Assembly: GCF_000143415.4 (NCBI RefSeq)
Contig: NW_003314294.1
Coordinates: forward strand, 811,546-875,452
DNA: 63,907 nt
Direction: 5' to 3'
Source of the DNA: Selaginella moellendorffii
Taxonomy: Eukaryota; Plantae; Lycopodiophyta
Shown: piece by piece, positions 37,471-50,588 of the stretch
Position numbering within the stretch: position 1 is the first letter of the stretch
Layout of the letters: every line of letters begins with the position of its first letter
Made by a program: the position numbers and the translations under genes
Notes under the pieces: generated by a model
The model's input: the letters and a program-made list of their open reading frames with translations, nothing else
Database searches by the model: none
What the model was told of the DNA's origin: nothing

Positions 37471-39468
37471 ATATAAATAGTTGATTAATAAGTACTATTG
37501 TGAGCAAATTGAAGCAAAGTCAAGTATTTCTCCTATACTCTCTATCGAGTCAAGTTTCCCACAAAAAACTTCAACATATCTTTAACTTTTTATTCTTTAA
37601 TATAATATTTCTCACTTGCATCTTGTCAAATAGCTCTAGAACATACAACTTCCAGATGCAGGCATCAGGTGTTCATTGGCTGCATCAAATGTAGGACCAT
37701 TATGGAGAATTAGGGAAGCAAGCTAACAAAGGAAAAGAGATTCAGCTTGGAACACTAAGCTTTGTCAATTGCCTAGCATTTTCTAGTTGCAAGCCAAGCT
37801 TTCCATTTTTACTTTAGATGCAAGCTTTGATCAGTAATTCCAAAGACAAATTGATTAATGTTATATTATCTAATATTAGAAATTGCCCAACTGAATCAGA
37901 CCATCAAGGAGCAAAAAGTTGACAGAGCATACCTTGTTCTCGTTGCCAGCAGCAAGGCTAGAAAGCGCAGCCAATATCCGGTGCTATGGTCGGCTAGAGT
38001 CTTGAAACCTTGCTTGATTGAGCCAAGGTTCACATCTTCTCATGTTTCACTCTTACAGACAAAGTGAAGAAAACTCATGTCAGTTGTTAGCCAATAGATG
38101 TAGGCTGGATTGCAAAAGTTCTGACCTCTTTTCTAGGGCTGGATTAGCAATGGAGTGCTATGGTCAGCACTCTGGAACAGTGTTGGAATATATACCAAGC
38201 AATAATAAAAACAAATGATATATATAATTTTATGTTAAATAGTCTTTGATAAGATCAGTTACAATATCAAACTAGAGAGCTGATAGTTCATATCCTTCCA
38301 ATTTCTCCTGGTTAGCAAATTCATGCCAGAAAATGGTTTGAAAATTCTCCACACCCTGATCAATCCACGCAAGATTGCTCACAACTTGGAGTGGAAGAGT
38401 TCGAATGTGAGAGAAGAGCAAGTGCGTCAATCTCTTATGCCCCAGACTTTCTTAACATAGCGGGGCGTACATGTGACATATGTTATATTTCCTTCTCTCG
38501 CATGAGCCAATTGACGCTCCAATTGTGTCTCTCATTTATTGGTGAAAACATCAAGAAAATATTTCGAGGTTAGGTTCTTCATTTTTATTATTATAGATTA
38601 GAAATTGTCTAGAAAATGGTGGGCAGTTGACAAAGCTTACTCTTTTCCAAGTCTACTCCTCTCAACATAAACTCTAGATAGGGAACCCATGCCTAAAAGA
38701 GAAAATATGTTTACGCACTAGCAAAAAGTCTATAATACCTACTTATTGAAGCTGAAGTTCTTAGACAATGTATGATTCACTCCCACTTGTCCTTGCATTT
38801 CAGTGGCCTATTTATCATTGGGAACATCATGTAAATTGTTAGAGATGCAATAGTAGCTGTGGGAAGATATTACCAGAGCAGACATGATGGAAAGTTGACG
38901 CTATATTTTAAATCAAATGGCACCTTGCTACACAGATATGTTAAAGTTAGCAGGCTCAATGTGTACCTCCATATCTGCATCGGGTAAATAATATATAGTC
39001 AGGTCCTTCACATCCACAAACACGTAAACTTACCAAACTTTGCTATATGGGGTATGTATGTATAGTTCTTGATCTGCAGAAATTGAAAAAAAAGATCACA
39101 TACCACTTTTGACAGCCAGGACTGCCACAGGCTATTTGTTCCTACTAATGATCTGTAGTGCTTGCAAGCACAAAAATTCGCACTAGGACTCCACCCAAAA
39201 TCCCCATATGGAAAGCACCATTCCATCATGAACATGGACGTGAAAAGAAGATGAAGGCTAAAGAGGGAACATTGCATTCATGTAAATGCTGGCACAAATA
39301 TGGTCCACTTTAAAGTGAACCATGTCTATATTATCCCACAGAAACAATCTGAGGAACCTAATAACAATATATGCTAGAGCAAGATATATGATTCTAATAA
39401 ATGATCTAATTATTCATCAAGATTTTTAATTTTTAGGATAAATTTCGATAAAAAAATAAGGGAATATT

Positions 39469-41025
39469 CTACAGAGGTTCCTCCCCAGAGAGCTCCTCGA
39501 GCGACTTTCCTTTGGTCTCGGGCACCAGCAGCGAGAACACCAGCCCCAGCGAGTTGCAAAATCCCAGCACGATGAGCGCGTTCCTCAAACCAATCCCCGT
39601 GTGGTACCCCTTGTCGATCTCGCTGCTGTGCCTGCTCTGGCTCGCGTACAGGAACCCAAACGATCCAACAATGGCCCCGGCCTTGCCAGCCGCCGCCGAT
39701 ATCCCATGGCACGTCGAGCGCAGCCGCGCCGGGAACAGCTCCGCCGGGACGATGAAGGTGGTGGCATTCGGGCCGAAGTTGGCGAAGAAGAACGTGAACG
39801 CGTACAGGACTATGAAGGCGGTGTGATGATCCTTGAGGTAGTGGTAAGGCACGGCCAGTGCGAACATAAACACCGTCATGAAGAAGAAGCCGATGAGCTG
39901 GATCACGAAGCGGCCGAGCTTGTCGATGAGGAGGACTGTCACCCAGTATCCTGGAACCGTGGAGCACAGAGCTATCAGCGCCTGGGCTCTCGAGATCCTG
40001 TAAACTTCCTCTAGCGCGCTCATCTTCTTGGCACTCTCGAGCCACCCCACGGCCGTGAACACGTCCTTCTGGAAGAGGTTCTGGCTGTAGAAGGCGATAT
40101 CGAGGAGGAACCAAGTCGTGGTTGTCCCCAGGAGATGGAGCCCGTGCCTCCTCACGAACTCCCTCGAGAAAAGCTTGTATGTTGGAGGCTGCGGTCGAGA
40201 CTGCTGTACCTCAGCTTCCGAGCTAGTAATAGTAGCATCGATCCGGACCTGTAACACCTTGCTCATGTCTTCCGCTGCCTGGCTCACGTTGCCTTCAACC
40301 AGAGCTGTGTAGCGAGCCGTCTCCGGCATCTTCATCCTCCAGTAGTAAGTTAACGCCGCCGGGACTGCCCCAAGCATGAGAATGATCCTCCACACGTAGT
40401 CAGCCTCAGGAGGAGTTGAAGCAACGTGATCGACGATGAAGGCCGGACTCGGATATGCGTGCCTGAAGATGGCAGACACCAGCAGAGAAACCGCGGCACC
40501 TGCTAGAATCCCAAAGCCTTGCATGGCAAAGACCGCCGCAATGAAGGCGCCTCTGGTCTTCTGGTTGGCATACTCGGACATGATCGTTGCTGATAATGGA
40601 TAGTCTCCGCCAATACCAAAACCCAGCCAGAACCGGAAGAAGCACAGCGTCCCAATCACTGACTTCGCCGAGTGACCGAATGAGAGGCCCGAGGCTATCG
40701 CTGAGAAGAACATTAGCATCAGAGTGATGCCATAGACTTTCTTCCGTCCCATTCGGTCCCCGAGCCAGCCGAAGAAAAGCTGGCCGGCGAAAGTTCCACA
40801 GAGAGCCACGGCAGTTACTGCGGAAGAAACATTGGCCGGAAGAGTACCTGGTTTGCCTGTCGTGGGATCATAGTAGTACAGACGGCCTAGCAGCTTCGTC
40901 ACTGTCGTAATGCAGAAAAGATCGTACGAGTCTGTGAAGAATCCCATCCCTGCGATGACGATAGTCGTGAAGTGGTACCATTGTGTCTTGGCCTTGTCGA
41001 GAGCGGAGAGCACCTCGATAGCCAT
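39469..41025 (-). CDS. PHT1: PHT1-family inorganic phosphate:H+ symporter (MFS), intronless
   Basis: 518 aa; signature [13 protein letters not shown]; [26 protein letters not shown]; [34 protein letters not shown]. Confidence 0.98.
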   Translation of the reverse strand: MAIEVLSALDKAKTQWYHFTTIVIAGMGFFTDSYDLFCITTVTKLLGRLYYYDPTTGKPGTLPANVSSAVTAVALCGTFAGQLFFGWLGDRMGRKKVYGITLMLMFFSAIASGLSFGHSAKSVIGTLCFFRFWLGFGIGGDYPLSATIMSEYANQKTRGAFIAAVFAMQGFGILAGAAVSLLVSAIFRHAYPSPAFIVDHVASTPPEADYVWRIILMLGAVPAALTYYWRMKMPETARYTALVEGNVSQAAEDMSKVLQVRIDATITSSEAEVQQSRPQPPTYKLFSREFVRRHGLHLLGTTTTWFLLDIAFYSQNLFQKDVFTAVGWLESAKKMSALEEVYRISRAQALIALCSTVPGYWVTVLLIDKLGRFVIQLIGFFFMTVFMFALAVPYHYLKDHHTAFIVLYAFTFFFANFGPNATTFIVPAELFPARLRSTCHGISAAAGKAGAIVGSFGFLYASQSRHSSEIDKGYHTGIGLRNALIVLGFCNSLGLVFSLLVPETKGKSLEELSGEEPL

Positions 41026-41127
41026 CTCTGCCTAAATCCCTTCCACCCTGTACGCGCTATACATATACAGCGAAAAAAAAAGTAAAGGAAGTCCATACAT
41101 GGACGAAACGACCAAATGGAGTTTCCC

Positions 41128-41135
41128 GAATATGC
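41128..41135. promoter_or_regulatory. P1BS (PHR1-binding site, GNATATNC) upstream of PHT1
   Basis: GAATATGC ~103 bp upstream of the PHT1 ATG; TATA-like TATATGTATA near 41058-41067. Confidence 0.7.
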
Positions 41136-41139
41136 CCTT

Positions 41140-42130
41140 TTACAAACCGCGGTTAGCTTTGAAGTTGTTGGCTGTTTCAATGAGATCCGCGTTTGCGTGT
41201 ATCAAGTTCTCGATAACCTGCAAAAGGAAAGATTAGATACAGAAAGCAAAGCTGGTACAAAAGCTTTTTACCTTCGAGTGCTGCCGTAGATTCACCTCGA
41301 AAACATGTTTTTCTTCACTGATAGCCTTCAAGGACTCGACAACTTTGTCACGCTCTTTGGCATCCTTCTCGCATTGGTCCATGAGTTGTGCGATGGCCGT
41401 TGCCTGCAAGAAATTTTATTCTAGCCTCAAAAGTCACATGAGCTAACTACGTACCTGACGCTCTAGAATGCCTGATTTTACACTGCACTCTTCCGCAAGT
41501 ACTGCTTTCTCTGAAGCTAATTGAGCCCGGTCTTTGCCCAGAGCCTGCAAGTGATGAGTCACATCCCTGTGGAAACGAGATCACCTATCATGCCAAGTTC
41601 TGGCTTTAAAGTTCGCTTACCGGCTTTGAGTGTCGTGCTGGAAGAGGTCTTGTTGCTGTACATGGAGACGAGTTCGTAACACAAAATTCTCCTTCATCAG
41701 AGCTTCCTTGCTGGCCACCTAATGCAACGAGAGAAAAGAAAACTTTAGGTGAGAACCAAAACCATCAAGAACTTGCCTCGTTTGCCAGAGCTTCTTGGAG
41801 CTCTTCAACTTTAGCGTTTGCAGCCGCCAAATCATCATTCACCTTCTCGAGCTCCTCGGCAGCCCCTACACCTGCGCGCTAAACATCAAAACGAAAGGAA
41901 AGAACAATAAAACTCAAGGCTTCCATTAAACGTGAGAATGTTACTCGTTACCAGTAACGTGATGCAACCACGCGAAAGATCCTGTGGAAAGTTCTCTCTT
42001 GTCAACACGAAGGAAGAAAAGCTATAGACGAGGAAAAGAAGAAGAGGAATGGTGAAAGAAATTCACACCTCATCCGAGCGGAGAAAATCAGCTACTAGTG
42101 TTAGCGCTGCAGCCCTGAAATTCGCTACTC
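41140..42130 (-). CDS. Multi-exon coiled-coil protein of unknown function
   Basis: Short introns (e.g. 41218-41271, 41404-41454, 41545-41620); helical exons ALGKDRAQLASEKAVLAEEC, AIAQLMDQCEKDAKERDKVVESLK, VIENLIHANADLIETANNFKANRGL*. Start uncertain. Confidence 0.6.
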
Positions 42131-42456
42131 GCCTGGAAAAGAAGAAAGAAGAAGGAAGAATGAGATGGTGTATAGATAGTAGATCGATGATCGATCACTC
42201 ACTCCTTCCCTATCGGCGAGAATGCGGCATTCTCGATCGCATGCACCACTCGGAGGAGCTGAAATATTTTGGGAGAAGCATCGACGCTGCCGGCCGCCAA
42301 CGATCCATCGGCTTGTAGATCGGAGAGGAGCGCCAGACCTGCCTGGTAGCGATCGATCGGCGCCTTCCCCGGATCCATGGCCGGTCATGCTTCTCTCTAC
42401 ACGAGAACAGAAGAACCCTAGGACTTCTATATGAAATATTTTGCGTATTTGTTCCA

Positions 42457-42848
42457 TCACGGTAAGATATTGACATAGCCCACGGCGATCGCTACTGCGA
42501 GAATCGCGAGCGGTGGGACGAGCACGAACAGCCCGATTGTGGCAAACGTCCCAGAATCATCGCGCTGCGAGACTTTGTCTAGGTACTCCTGGCGCTTGAT
42601 GTTCCTCTGGACCGAGATTTTGGGCTTCTTGTACCGCGAGTACACCAGTGGCACGGAGAAATCCGAGCCCTCCTCGCTGTTACCGTAGCGATCGACGAGC
42701 TTGCTCGCGATTGTATTGCTGCTGCTGCTGCTGCTGCTGCCTGGAGATCGAATGATAGAAATACCTGAGATCGCGAAGAGGGATGGATCGAAATATTTCG
42801 GTAGCGTGGCTTACTCGATTGCGTCAAGCGCTCCAAGCGCTCCAGCAT
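42457..42848 (-). CDS. Small protein with a C-terminal TM helix (possibly plastid-targeted), two exons
   Basis: Exon 42848-42815, intron GTAAG..CAG 42814-42741, exon 42740-42457 in phase: MLERLERLTQSSSSS...RQEYLDKVSQRDDSGTFATIGLFVLVPPLAILAVAIAVGYVNILP. Confidence 0.65.
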
Positions 42849-43156
42849 AGATTGGGAAGAGGAAGAAGAGGAGCCTAGCAAAGAAAGAATGAAATTTTGG
42901 CCTGGAGGAAACATCGCGACTTACTCGCTTTGTCCGATCTTTCGACCTCCGCTCGACATTTCCAGGATCCCGCGCTAGAATGCGTCGAGCAGTGGAGAAA
43001 TTTGCCTTCTCCTCTCCCATTCCAAACACACGAAGGAGTGGAAACCCTAGAAAACAGAGCCATGGAAGCAAACACTTGGCTCGCCCTTGCCTTCACACGA
43101 TTTGATTCGCTCCTCAGTCGGTTTTTAACGGAGCTTACTTCGTTAGCTAAACAGAG

Positions 43157-45487
43157 CTACCGTACATTCGTTACTTTAACCGAAGCAGCCGAGCTAGAGC
43201 TTTTGGCGAACAATCCAGCCATGGAGATGTACGGTGATGGGCTCTTGGGATCCATTCTGGCAGCTGCTTGAGCCCCCAGTTTCTTGGAGTTTTGATCCAA
43301 TTCACAAGCGCCGAGGAGGCTTCCAAGAGACACATCGTTTGGAGAATGCGGCATGGAATTGATCAAATCTTTCGCGTTTTGGAGCTCTCCAGCTCGAGAG
43401 AGGATGTCGATCATTGTGTTGAAGTGTTCTTTGCTTGGCTCCAATCCATGATCGCGTTGCATCAGCATGAAACACTCCAAACCAGTGGCGAGCATACCAA
43501 TCCGGCTGCAAGCAGTCAAGATTGTCATGAAAGTGACCTCGTCAGGAGCGATGCCTTCTACTTGGAGCATGAAAAAATGCGCAATGCCATGATTGAGATG
43601 CCCGTTTTGGGCATATGCTGTGATCATAGTATTCCAAGACACAGTGTCCAAATATTCTGGCATCTCGCTAAACATTTTCTCTGCAAAGGTGAGATTCCCT
43701 ACCTGTGAATATCCCGCTATGGCAATGTTCCAAACCACACTGTCCCGGAAAGGCATTCTTTCAAACACAAATCTTGCTTCCAGCATATACCCATATTGGG
43801 CATATGCCGAGAGCATTGTCGTGTGGATCAATATGTCATGCCAAGGCATTAGATAAAAAACACGCTTCGCATCTTCCAGATACCCGTTGTGGGAATATCC
43901 ATTAAACATTACTGTCCAGGCGACTAAATCTCTTTCAGGCATGGAATCAAACACGCTTCTGGCCTCTTCCAAATGCCCCTTTTGTGAAAACGCCGCCACC
44001 ATTGTGGTGAGAGAAGCCATATCAAATTCTGGAATTCTCGAATGGAAGAACTCTCTCACGCGTTCCAAATCTCCAATTCTCGCATAGAAATGAAGAAGAA
44101 CATTCCAAGATACTATGTTCCGGCACGGCATTCTCACAAAAACATCTCTCACTTTCAAGATAGACTCCGCCTGGGCATACGATGAAAGCAGTGAATTCCA
44201 ACACAAGAGGCTAGCTTCTGGCATCTCCTCGAACAAATGTCCCGATTTTTCCACAGGCACATACCAGCAAAATCCCTGGAACAAAGTTTCCCAGGAAGAA
44301 TAATCATGCTGCGGCATTAGATCAAAAACTCGCTTTGCTTCCTTGATATGTCCTTCTTGGGCATATCCCGCGAGAAGAACATACCAAGACACCAAGTTCT
44401 TCTCCGGGATTAAATCAAAGAGTTCCTTCGCTTCTTTCAAATCGCCCTCTTGCGCGAGCGCCGCCACCATCGCCGTCCACGATATCACATCTCTCCCCGG
44501 CATAGAATCAAACACGGAGTGAGCTTGAGCGATATATCCATTGAGGGCATAGACCTGGAGCAGCGAATTCCACGAGACGATATCTGGAAATGGCAGTGAA
44601 TCGAAGAGCTTCTTTGATTCATCCACATTTCCTTCACGCCCAAGAGCTGCAATCAATGAATTCCATGACACAACGTTCCAATCAGGCATTGCTTGGAAGA
44701 TCTCTCGAGCTTCCTGGACAAGCCCAGCATCCGCGTAGGCCTGGAGCATCGCAGTCCAGGAAACAATGCTTCGATTGGGCATGAGATCAAACAATCTTCG
44801 AGCACCTGGCAAATCGCCTTCCTTGGCAATCGCGATGAGCATCACGGTCCAAGAGATCACATCCTTGACCGGAATTCGCTCAAAAATCTCACGGGCAGCG
44901 TGGATTCGTCCGGCATCCGCGAGACCGCGCAAGAGCGTGTTCCAAGAAACTGCATTGGGCCGCGCGATTGTGTGGAACACTTCAGTTGCTTTGTCAACTT
45001 GCCCATTCCGGGCAAAGGCTGCGATCATCGTGTTCTTCGCTTCGATGGTCTTCACTGGCATTTTCTCGTAAAGGGCATTCGCTTGTAACGTCTCCCCAGC
45101 AGAACTATAAGCCGCTATGATCGAATTCCATGACACTGGAGTGTGATGTGGCATAGCATTGAAAGTTTGTCTCGCTTCCAGCAGATTCCCATTGGAGGCA
45201 AAAGTATGAATCAAGATGTTCCAAGAGAAGGCGTTGGGCTGATCGATCGATCGGAACACCGCGCGCGCATCCTCGACGCAGCCACATTTCCCATACATCT
45301 GGATCATCAAGTTCGCAAGATAGACGCTCCTTCGATGCTTGCTCTTGAGAATCCTGGCATGGGTCTGGCGAGCAGCAACGAGATCGCTGGTATCGCCGCA
45401 GTGCCGCAAGCACACTGCGAATTCCTCCATGAATTGATGATCATCGCGTGGGAGTTCTCGAGCGGAGGAGATCATGGTATCAAGCAT
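43157..45487 (-). CDS. PLS-class pentatricopeptide repeat protein (776 aa), intronless, truncated E domain, no DYW
   Basis: About 20 tandem ~31-aa repeats (A..xF..MP.+.+VSW..++..Y...G); PDEVTFMTILTACS, HFNTMIDILSRAGEL, LGSLLGAC. Confidence 0.95.
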   Translation of the reverse strand: MLDTMISSARELPRDDHQFMEEFAVCLRHCGDTSDLVAARQTHARILKSKHRRSVYLANLMIQMYGKCGCVEDARAVFRSIDQPNAFSWNILIHTFASNGNLLEARQTFNAMPHHTPVSWNSIIAAYSSAGETLQANALYEKMPVKTIEAKNTMIAAFARNGQVDKATEVFHTIARPNAVSWNTLLRGLADAGRIHAAREIFERIPVKDVISWTVMLIAIAKEGDLPGARRLFDLMPNRSIVSWTAMLQAYADAGLVQEAREIFQAMPDWNVVSWNSLIAALGREGNVDESKKLFDSLPFPDIVSWNSLLQVYALNGYIAQAHSVFDSMPGRDVISWTAMVAALAQEGDLKEAKELFDLIPEKNLVSWYVLLAGYAQEGHIKEAKRVFDLMPQHDYSSWETLFQGFCWYVPVEKSGHLFEEMPEASLLCWNSLLSSYAQAESILKVRDVFVRMPCRNIVSWNVLLHFYARIGDLERVREFFHSRIPEFDMASLTTMVAAFSQKGHLEEARSVFDSMPERDLVAWTVMFNGYSHNGYLEDAKRVFYLMPWHDILIHTTMLSAYAQYGYMLEARFVFERMPFRDSVVWNIAIAGYSQVGNLTFAEKMFSEMPEYLDTVSWNTMITAYAQNGHLNHGIAHFFMLQVEGIAPDEVTFMTILTACSRIGMLATGLECFMLMQRDHGLEPSKEHFNTMIDILSRAGELQNAKDLINSMPHSPNDVSLGSLLGACELDQNSKKLGAQAAARMDPKSPSPYISMAGLFAKSSSSAASVKVTNVR

Positions 45488-45493
45488 TCTTGC

Positions 45494-45805
45494 CTAGATC
45501 TTTTTGCCTAGCAAGCTCCCCAGCAAGAGATATGGCGATGCTGATCCATTCATTCCCAGCAGTGATCGCGCTGCTCTAGATCCCCTCTGTCGCGGTCGAC
45601 CCGCGATCCCCACAAGATCTCGTCCGCTGCCACTGGCATCGCCTCGATCAGGCCCTCGGCATCGCCCAATCGGCCGGATCGATACAGCATGTCCATGACG
45701 CAGCTGTAGTGCTCCCACCACCATCAATTCGAAGAGCGCGCAGCACTGCTCCAGCTGCACGCCGCCAGGATGCTCGTGAAGGCGATCTAGTCGGGCATCT
45801 CTCAT
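45494..45805 (-). pseudogene. PPR C-terminal (E-domain) remnant
   Basis: EHYSC..D.L.R.G pattern (GGGAGCACTACAGCTGCGTCATGGACATGCTG) and SASPYLLLG; frameshifted. Confidence 0.6.
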
Positions 45806-46894
45806 AGTCGCTGATCAGGGGAGGATCATGTTGTGCTCGGGCAAAGGCATCTTTTGTGCAAGAGAGATCCCCATTCTGGGCATATACCGTTATGTTCCAG
45901 AAGTAGGTTCCTGTAAAAACCTTCAGGACTGTGCCACCCAGGATCTAACTTGTTGTGATTGGTCACTAGCCTGACAGCCTGACCCAAAAACTGCAGAAGT
46001 CTCACCCAGGGCTCCATCTAAATGCTGATTCCCCACATACCAAGAAATAATGCCCAAAACTCTCAGAGCGCGGTGACTCAGCTGCATGTGATATTTCAAG
46101 TCATCCCACTCTCAAACACACAAAAAAACTCCTAAACTCAGGATACAAGTTCTATCACATTTTTAAAGATCACTATTAAACATTGTTAAATATAAAAGCC
46201 CCAGGTGAGGCTTTACAAAGTCACAAACACTTCTCTTTTATATTACCAGCTTTTTCTTAAATCCCAAACCTCTTGACTTGGATTGCCATATTTTTCCTCT
46301 GCCAAAACCCATGATTTTGTCTTGTTTTTAAGAAGCACAATCTTTTATATCTCCATGAATTCCTATATACTTGGATCCAAATTTCCTCAGGCAACATACA
46401 TCTGCTTGATCATATATCTATGAACCTTATACATGAGTTTTACATGCTTTTTTTCTTCTTTTTTCTTCAATTTTTGAAAATGCATTTTAAATAGAAATTA
46501 CCACCACATGAGCTTCTTAAAGGATGAATGAATATTCCAAAGTTATGGTGGTGTTGACAATACTTCTTTTGATGATAGTGTTTCTCTTGATCCATTGGAT
46601 TATTAGTGTCTTGTTTAAGGTATATTTTCACAAAGAGCAAAATAGAGTAAAATGGTATATCCTTTGCTACTTCCAATGAGAGAATAACCTATTTTGTATA
46701 AGAGTAGCTTAGAATTATCACACCAAAAACCATTCCCACAAGCTATAGTTATTAATGATTAATAACAAAAAAAGAATTGTCAAAATTTTTAATTTTTTAT
46801 ATTTTCTTATGATTTTTCCATTTTGCAAGTTATCTTTTTAAGAAATGGGCAAATTAAAGGCTTGCTTACCAGATGGTATAACAAAGGATGATGA

Positions 46895-47750
46895 TTAGCT
46901 ATTATTTAGGATAATTGATTATCTTTGTTAAAGATATTGCTTGATTATTATTGATATTCAATAATTTATCATTCTTTAGGTTAGTGGATTATTCTTTGAC
47001 AATGATTTTCAATTTTTATTGATGAAAATGATTGATGATTTTGTGATGCTTAGCTATTTTCTTTGAGAGTTTTTGTTTTTCACATTACCATATATTCTTT
47101 ATAGTTCACTTTGGATTGATTTATTGAGTTTGAGATATTAGTAAAATGTTGCTATGCTTGTTTTGACAACTTTAGTTCTTTAATATTGTTAACTGAGATT
47201 TATTTAAATTGATTGGTGTAATAATTAGCATAAAGGAGTGTTTATTAGCTCTTGCAGCATTTGGTTTTTGAGTTCTCATACTCATTATTTCGTTTTTTAG
47301 GAGTTGTTAGAGAAGGTATTTTGGTTTCTTGCTTCTAATGTTTGTATTGGTTTTTGCATTTAGTGATCATTAATGATGATTGATCATTATTTAGGATAAT
47401 TGATTATCCTTGTTAAAAATCTTATTTGATTATTATTGATGATCAATGATTTTCTTTATTGGGATGGTTGATTATTCTTCAATGAGGATTTTTCATCTCT
47501 ATTGATGGGAGGATTGACAACCTTTTGTGAGGGTTAGTTATTATCTTTGATGGCTTTTAGATTTTTGTATTACTATATGCTTTTTGTGGTTTGTGTTGGA
47601 TTGGTTTTTTAGGTTTGAGATATTAGTAAAATGTTGCTGATGCTTGCTTAAGCAATTATAAATCTTTAGTATTGTTAATTGGGATATATTTTGATGGGTT
47701 AGTATGATAGTTAACATATAAAGAGTGTTTATTAGCCCTTACAACATTGA
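46895..47750. repeat. Diverged direct repeat, ~485-bp period, in AT-rich degenerate transposon DNA
   Basis: TATTTAGGATAATTGATTATC..TGTTAAA at ~46902 and ~47388; TTTGAGATATTAGTAAAATGTTGCT at ~47129 and ~47614. Confidence 0.75.
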
Positions 47751-48169
47751 TTTAAAATGTATTAATTATTGTTAAAGGTTTTTTTGATAAATTGGGATGT
47801 TATTTCCTTCAGATACATTTACAAATATTTTTTTGTTGGGAAATAACACTTTATGTCCTTATTATTGTCTTTTGTAAGTTATTTTGTATGCTCTCTTAGA
47901 TATTTGGTAGTTCAAGCTTTATCATTAAGTTTATTTAGTGGTATGCTTGCTTTTAAATTCTTTCAAGATTGTTTAATCTTATGTCTTTAAATTGTAATGA
48001 TCTTGGTGGTTCTTATACTATTCTTGTTTACGATATGATAACTTAATTGGAATAGTTTTGTATCCTAATCTAATTTTAGTTCTTGATAAATTGATGTAGA
48101 TATCTTTATTTATAACTTTAATATTGTTTATCATATTGATCTTGATGTTTGGGTTAGTATAAAATAGAT

Positions 48170-48450
48170 TGGCTTTGGCACTTCATGTGCATTGTTAAAT
48201 CTTTAGTTATGGGATAACTACTATTGACTAGTCACATAACCTACCTTTCTCTCGATGTTTCTAATTTAATTCTAAAGATTGTGACTATATAAATAACTCT
48301 AATTACCTGTTTATGTTAGTCTATTTAAACTTTACCGATAGGTATAGTTTGTCACTCATAAGGGTTAGAGCTATTGACTTCTCTCTATATGTCACAAGTA
48401 GGTAGAAGCATATCATCTTTTATAAGTTGAGTGACATCCATATTAGCCAT
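48170..48450. repeat. Dispersed repeat also present at ~59700-59940
   Basis: Shared GTCACATAAC..ACCTTTCTCT.GAT and GCATATCATCTTTTATAA...GTGAC. Confidence 0.65.
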
Positions 48451-50193
48451 TTTTTTTATTAGCGACAGCCTATAGATTTAACATCTTTTGTGTAAAGAAA
48501 TCGTCCTATTAGGTTATGAGGAGTTCCAAATATATAGGGATTAAGTCAGGCATGGCCAACTAAACTTAAGATAGAGTCTAGCTCCTGCTAAATGTGTCTA
48601 TCCTTGTTTTACATTTAGCTGCTTCATACCATGTTAGCTGATAGAGTATGGAATATCTATATTCTTACATTATACTATCGATATCCTAAGATAGCACTAG
48701 ACTTTATTTGCTCTATTTTGTGTGTTAGTTTTGGCATTCACATGTTAGAAGATTTAGAATTGTTTCAATAATGCTCTATATTTCAGGTCCTTCACTCTAT
48801 AGCTTTATACTTAAGAGTTCAGCTCTATCTTTTTATTTAGTGGTTTAAAGTTCTAAGCTTTAGGTTTTGCTCTATTGTGTTTGGCACATATATCCAAAGG
48901 TTAGGTTTACTTTGTGGTTACCCTATGGTAATTCATTATAGGGTATAGAGCAAAAGCAATGCACTATACTTAGTATGTATTAAATTCATAAAATTCAATT
49001 TAGAGACTCTAAGCCTAAATCCATCTCTAGTTTAGAAAAAGAAAAGATGCTTATGTCAAAAACTAGATAGAAGAGATAGTTATAATATCATTTTAGGTCT
49101 TTTTTTCTTCTATTTTCTTTTATTTTGTTATAGAAAAATCTTGATATTTGATGAATTCAATGTTCAAATTCAATCTAGCACTATTAGGATTTGACAATAA
49201 CTCTCAAGCTGCCACAATCTCTAGATAATATACAAAACTTTCTTAGAGAGAATGGTGGGGATGGAGAAAAATTAACTTGTTTAATCCTACTAAGAATTCA
49301 CATGACACTCCTTCATAGATTATAAAAATTGGGAATTGTGATGGTTGAGATAGAGAGGGTGGTAGTGGCAATGTGTAATTGTAGATATCAAAAATTATTT
49401 TTCAGCAAATCCTTTTGGATATTCTTCTTTTATTACTATGATGGTAGAAAATTAATATTATTAATTCCTTTTATCAATTTCTGCCCAAGTTAATTGAGAA
49501 AGTGGTCTTCACATATGTACTTGACTAGAAGAGCATAAAAATAGAATTCCTTATTAGTCAAGTATATTTGACTTAGTTAGAGAAACTCATATTAAATTGC
49601 ACTTGCTAGTGTTGGGAACCCTTGCAATATTCAATTTAATCACTTAATATAAGTATATCTATAAAATATAGAATTATCATAAACATAATGGTGTTGCTCA
49701 TATATCCAAATTCACAAACTAGTGTCATTGTATGGATAATGAGTAGATCATCAATTTAAGATATTGTTTGGCTCTTTATTGGGTGTGTCTGCCCTTATTC
49801 TATATTTGACTTGGGTCTAAGCCCAAGCTTCATATCATGTTAGTTAGTGAAGTACCCATAGTGTTTTGGTAAACTACCAATATATTAAAATAATGTTAAA
49901 CTTCATTTAACTCTATGTTATATATTAGTCTTAGTGTAGGGATACTGGATGCTTTAAGATTATTCTAATGTTATTTTTTGCATATATTCTTTCACTCCTG
50001 GATTATGTTTGGGAGTTTGGCTCAAGGCCCTAAAACTTAATCCCACTTTGTTGTCCTTAGCACATATGTCAAAACTCTATGGCTACCTTATGCTAATTCA
50101 CTATAGGGTATAAGGTCAAAACCTCATATACTACATAATGGTTAATAGATAAAAAGATCTAACCACCTATAATTAATGTTACAAAAGGTTTGA

Positions 50194-50588
50194 NNNNNNN
50201 NNNNNNNNNNNNNNNNNNNNNNNNNNNNNNNNNNNNNNNNNNNNNNNNNNNNNNNNNNNNNNNNNNNNNNNNNNNNNNNNNNNNNNNNNNNNNNNNNNNN
50301 NNNNNNNNNNNNNNNNNNNNNNNNNNNNNNNNNNNNNNNNNNNNNNNNNNNNNNNNNNNNNNNNNNNNNNNNNNNNNNNNNNNNNNNNNNNNNNNNNNNN
50401 NNNNNNNNNNNNNNNNNNNNNNNNNNNNNNNNNNNNNNNNNNNNNNNNNNNNNNNNNNNNNNNNNNNNNNNNNNNNNNNNNNNNNNNNNNNNNNNNNNNN
50501 NNNNNNNNNNNNNNNNNNNNNNNNNNNNNNNNNNNNNNNNNNNNNNNNNNNNNNNNNNNNNNNNNNNNNNNNNNNNNNNNNNNNNNNN
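50194..50588. other. Assembly gap (395 N)
   Basis: Run of N. Confidence 1.

Noticed and set aside
37500-39350. Possible decayed multi-exon gene(s)
   Set aside because: Exon-like stretches have stops in all frames and no recognisable family.
39410-40114. 234-aa overlapping ORF, and similar shadow ORFs over the GLP, TPR-SET and PPR genes
   Set aside because: Off-frame or antisense shadows of GC-rich coding sequence with no recognisable motifs.
25237-41025. GLP + LRR-RLK + PHT1 as a symbiosis or defence gene cluster
   Set aside because: The RLK is a pseudogene, the genes are separated by unrelated debris, and nothing in the sequence indicates co-regulation.
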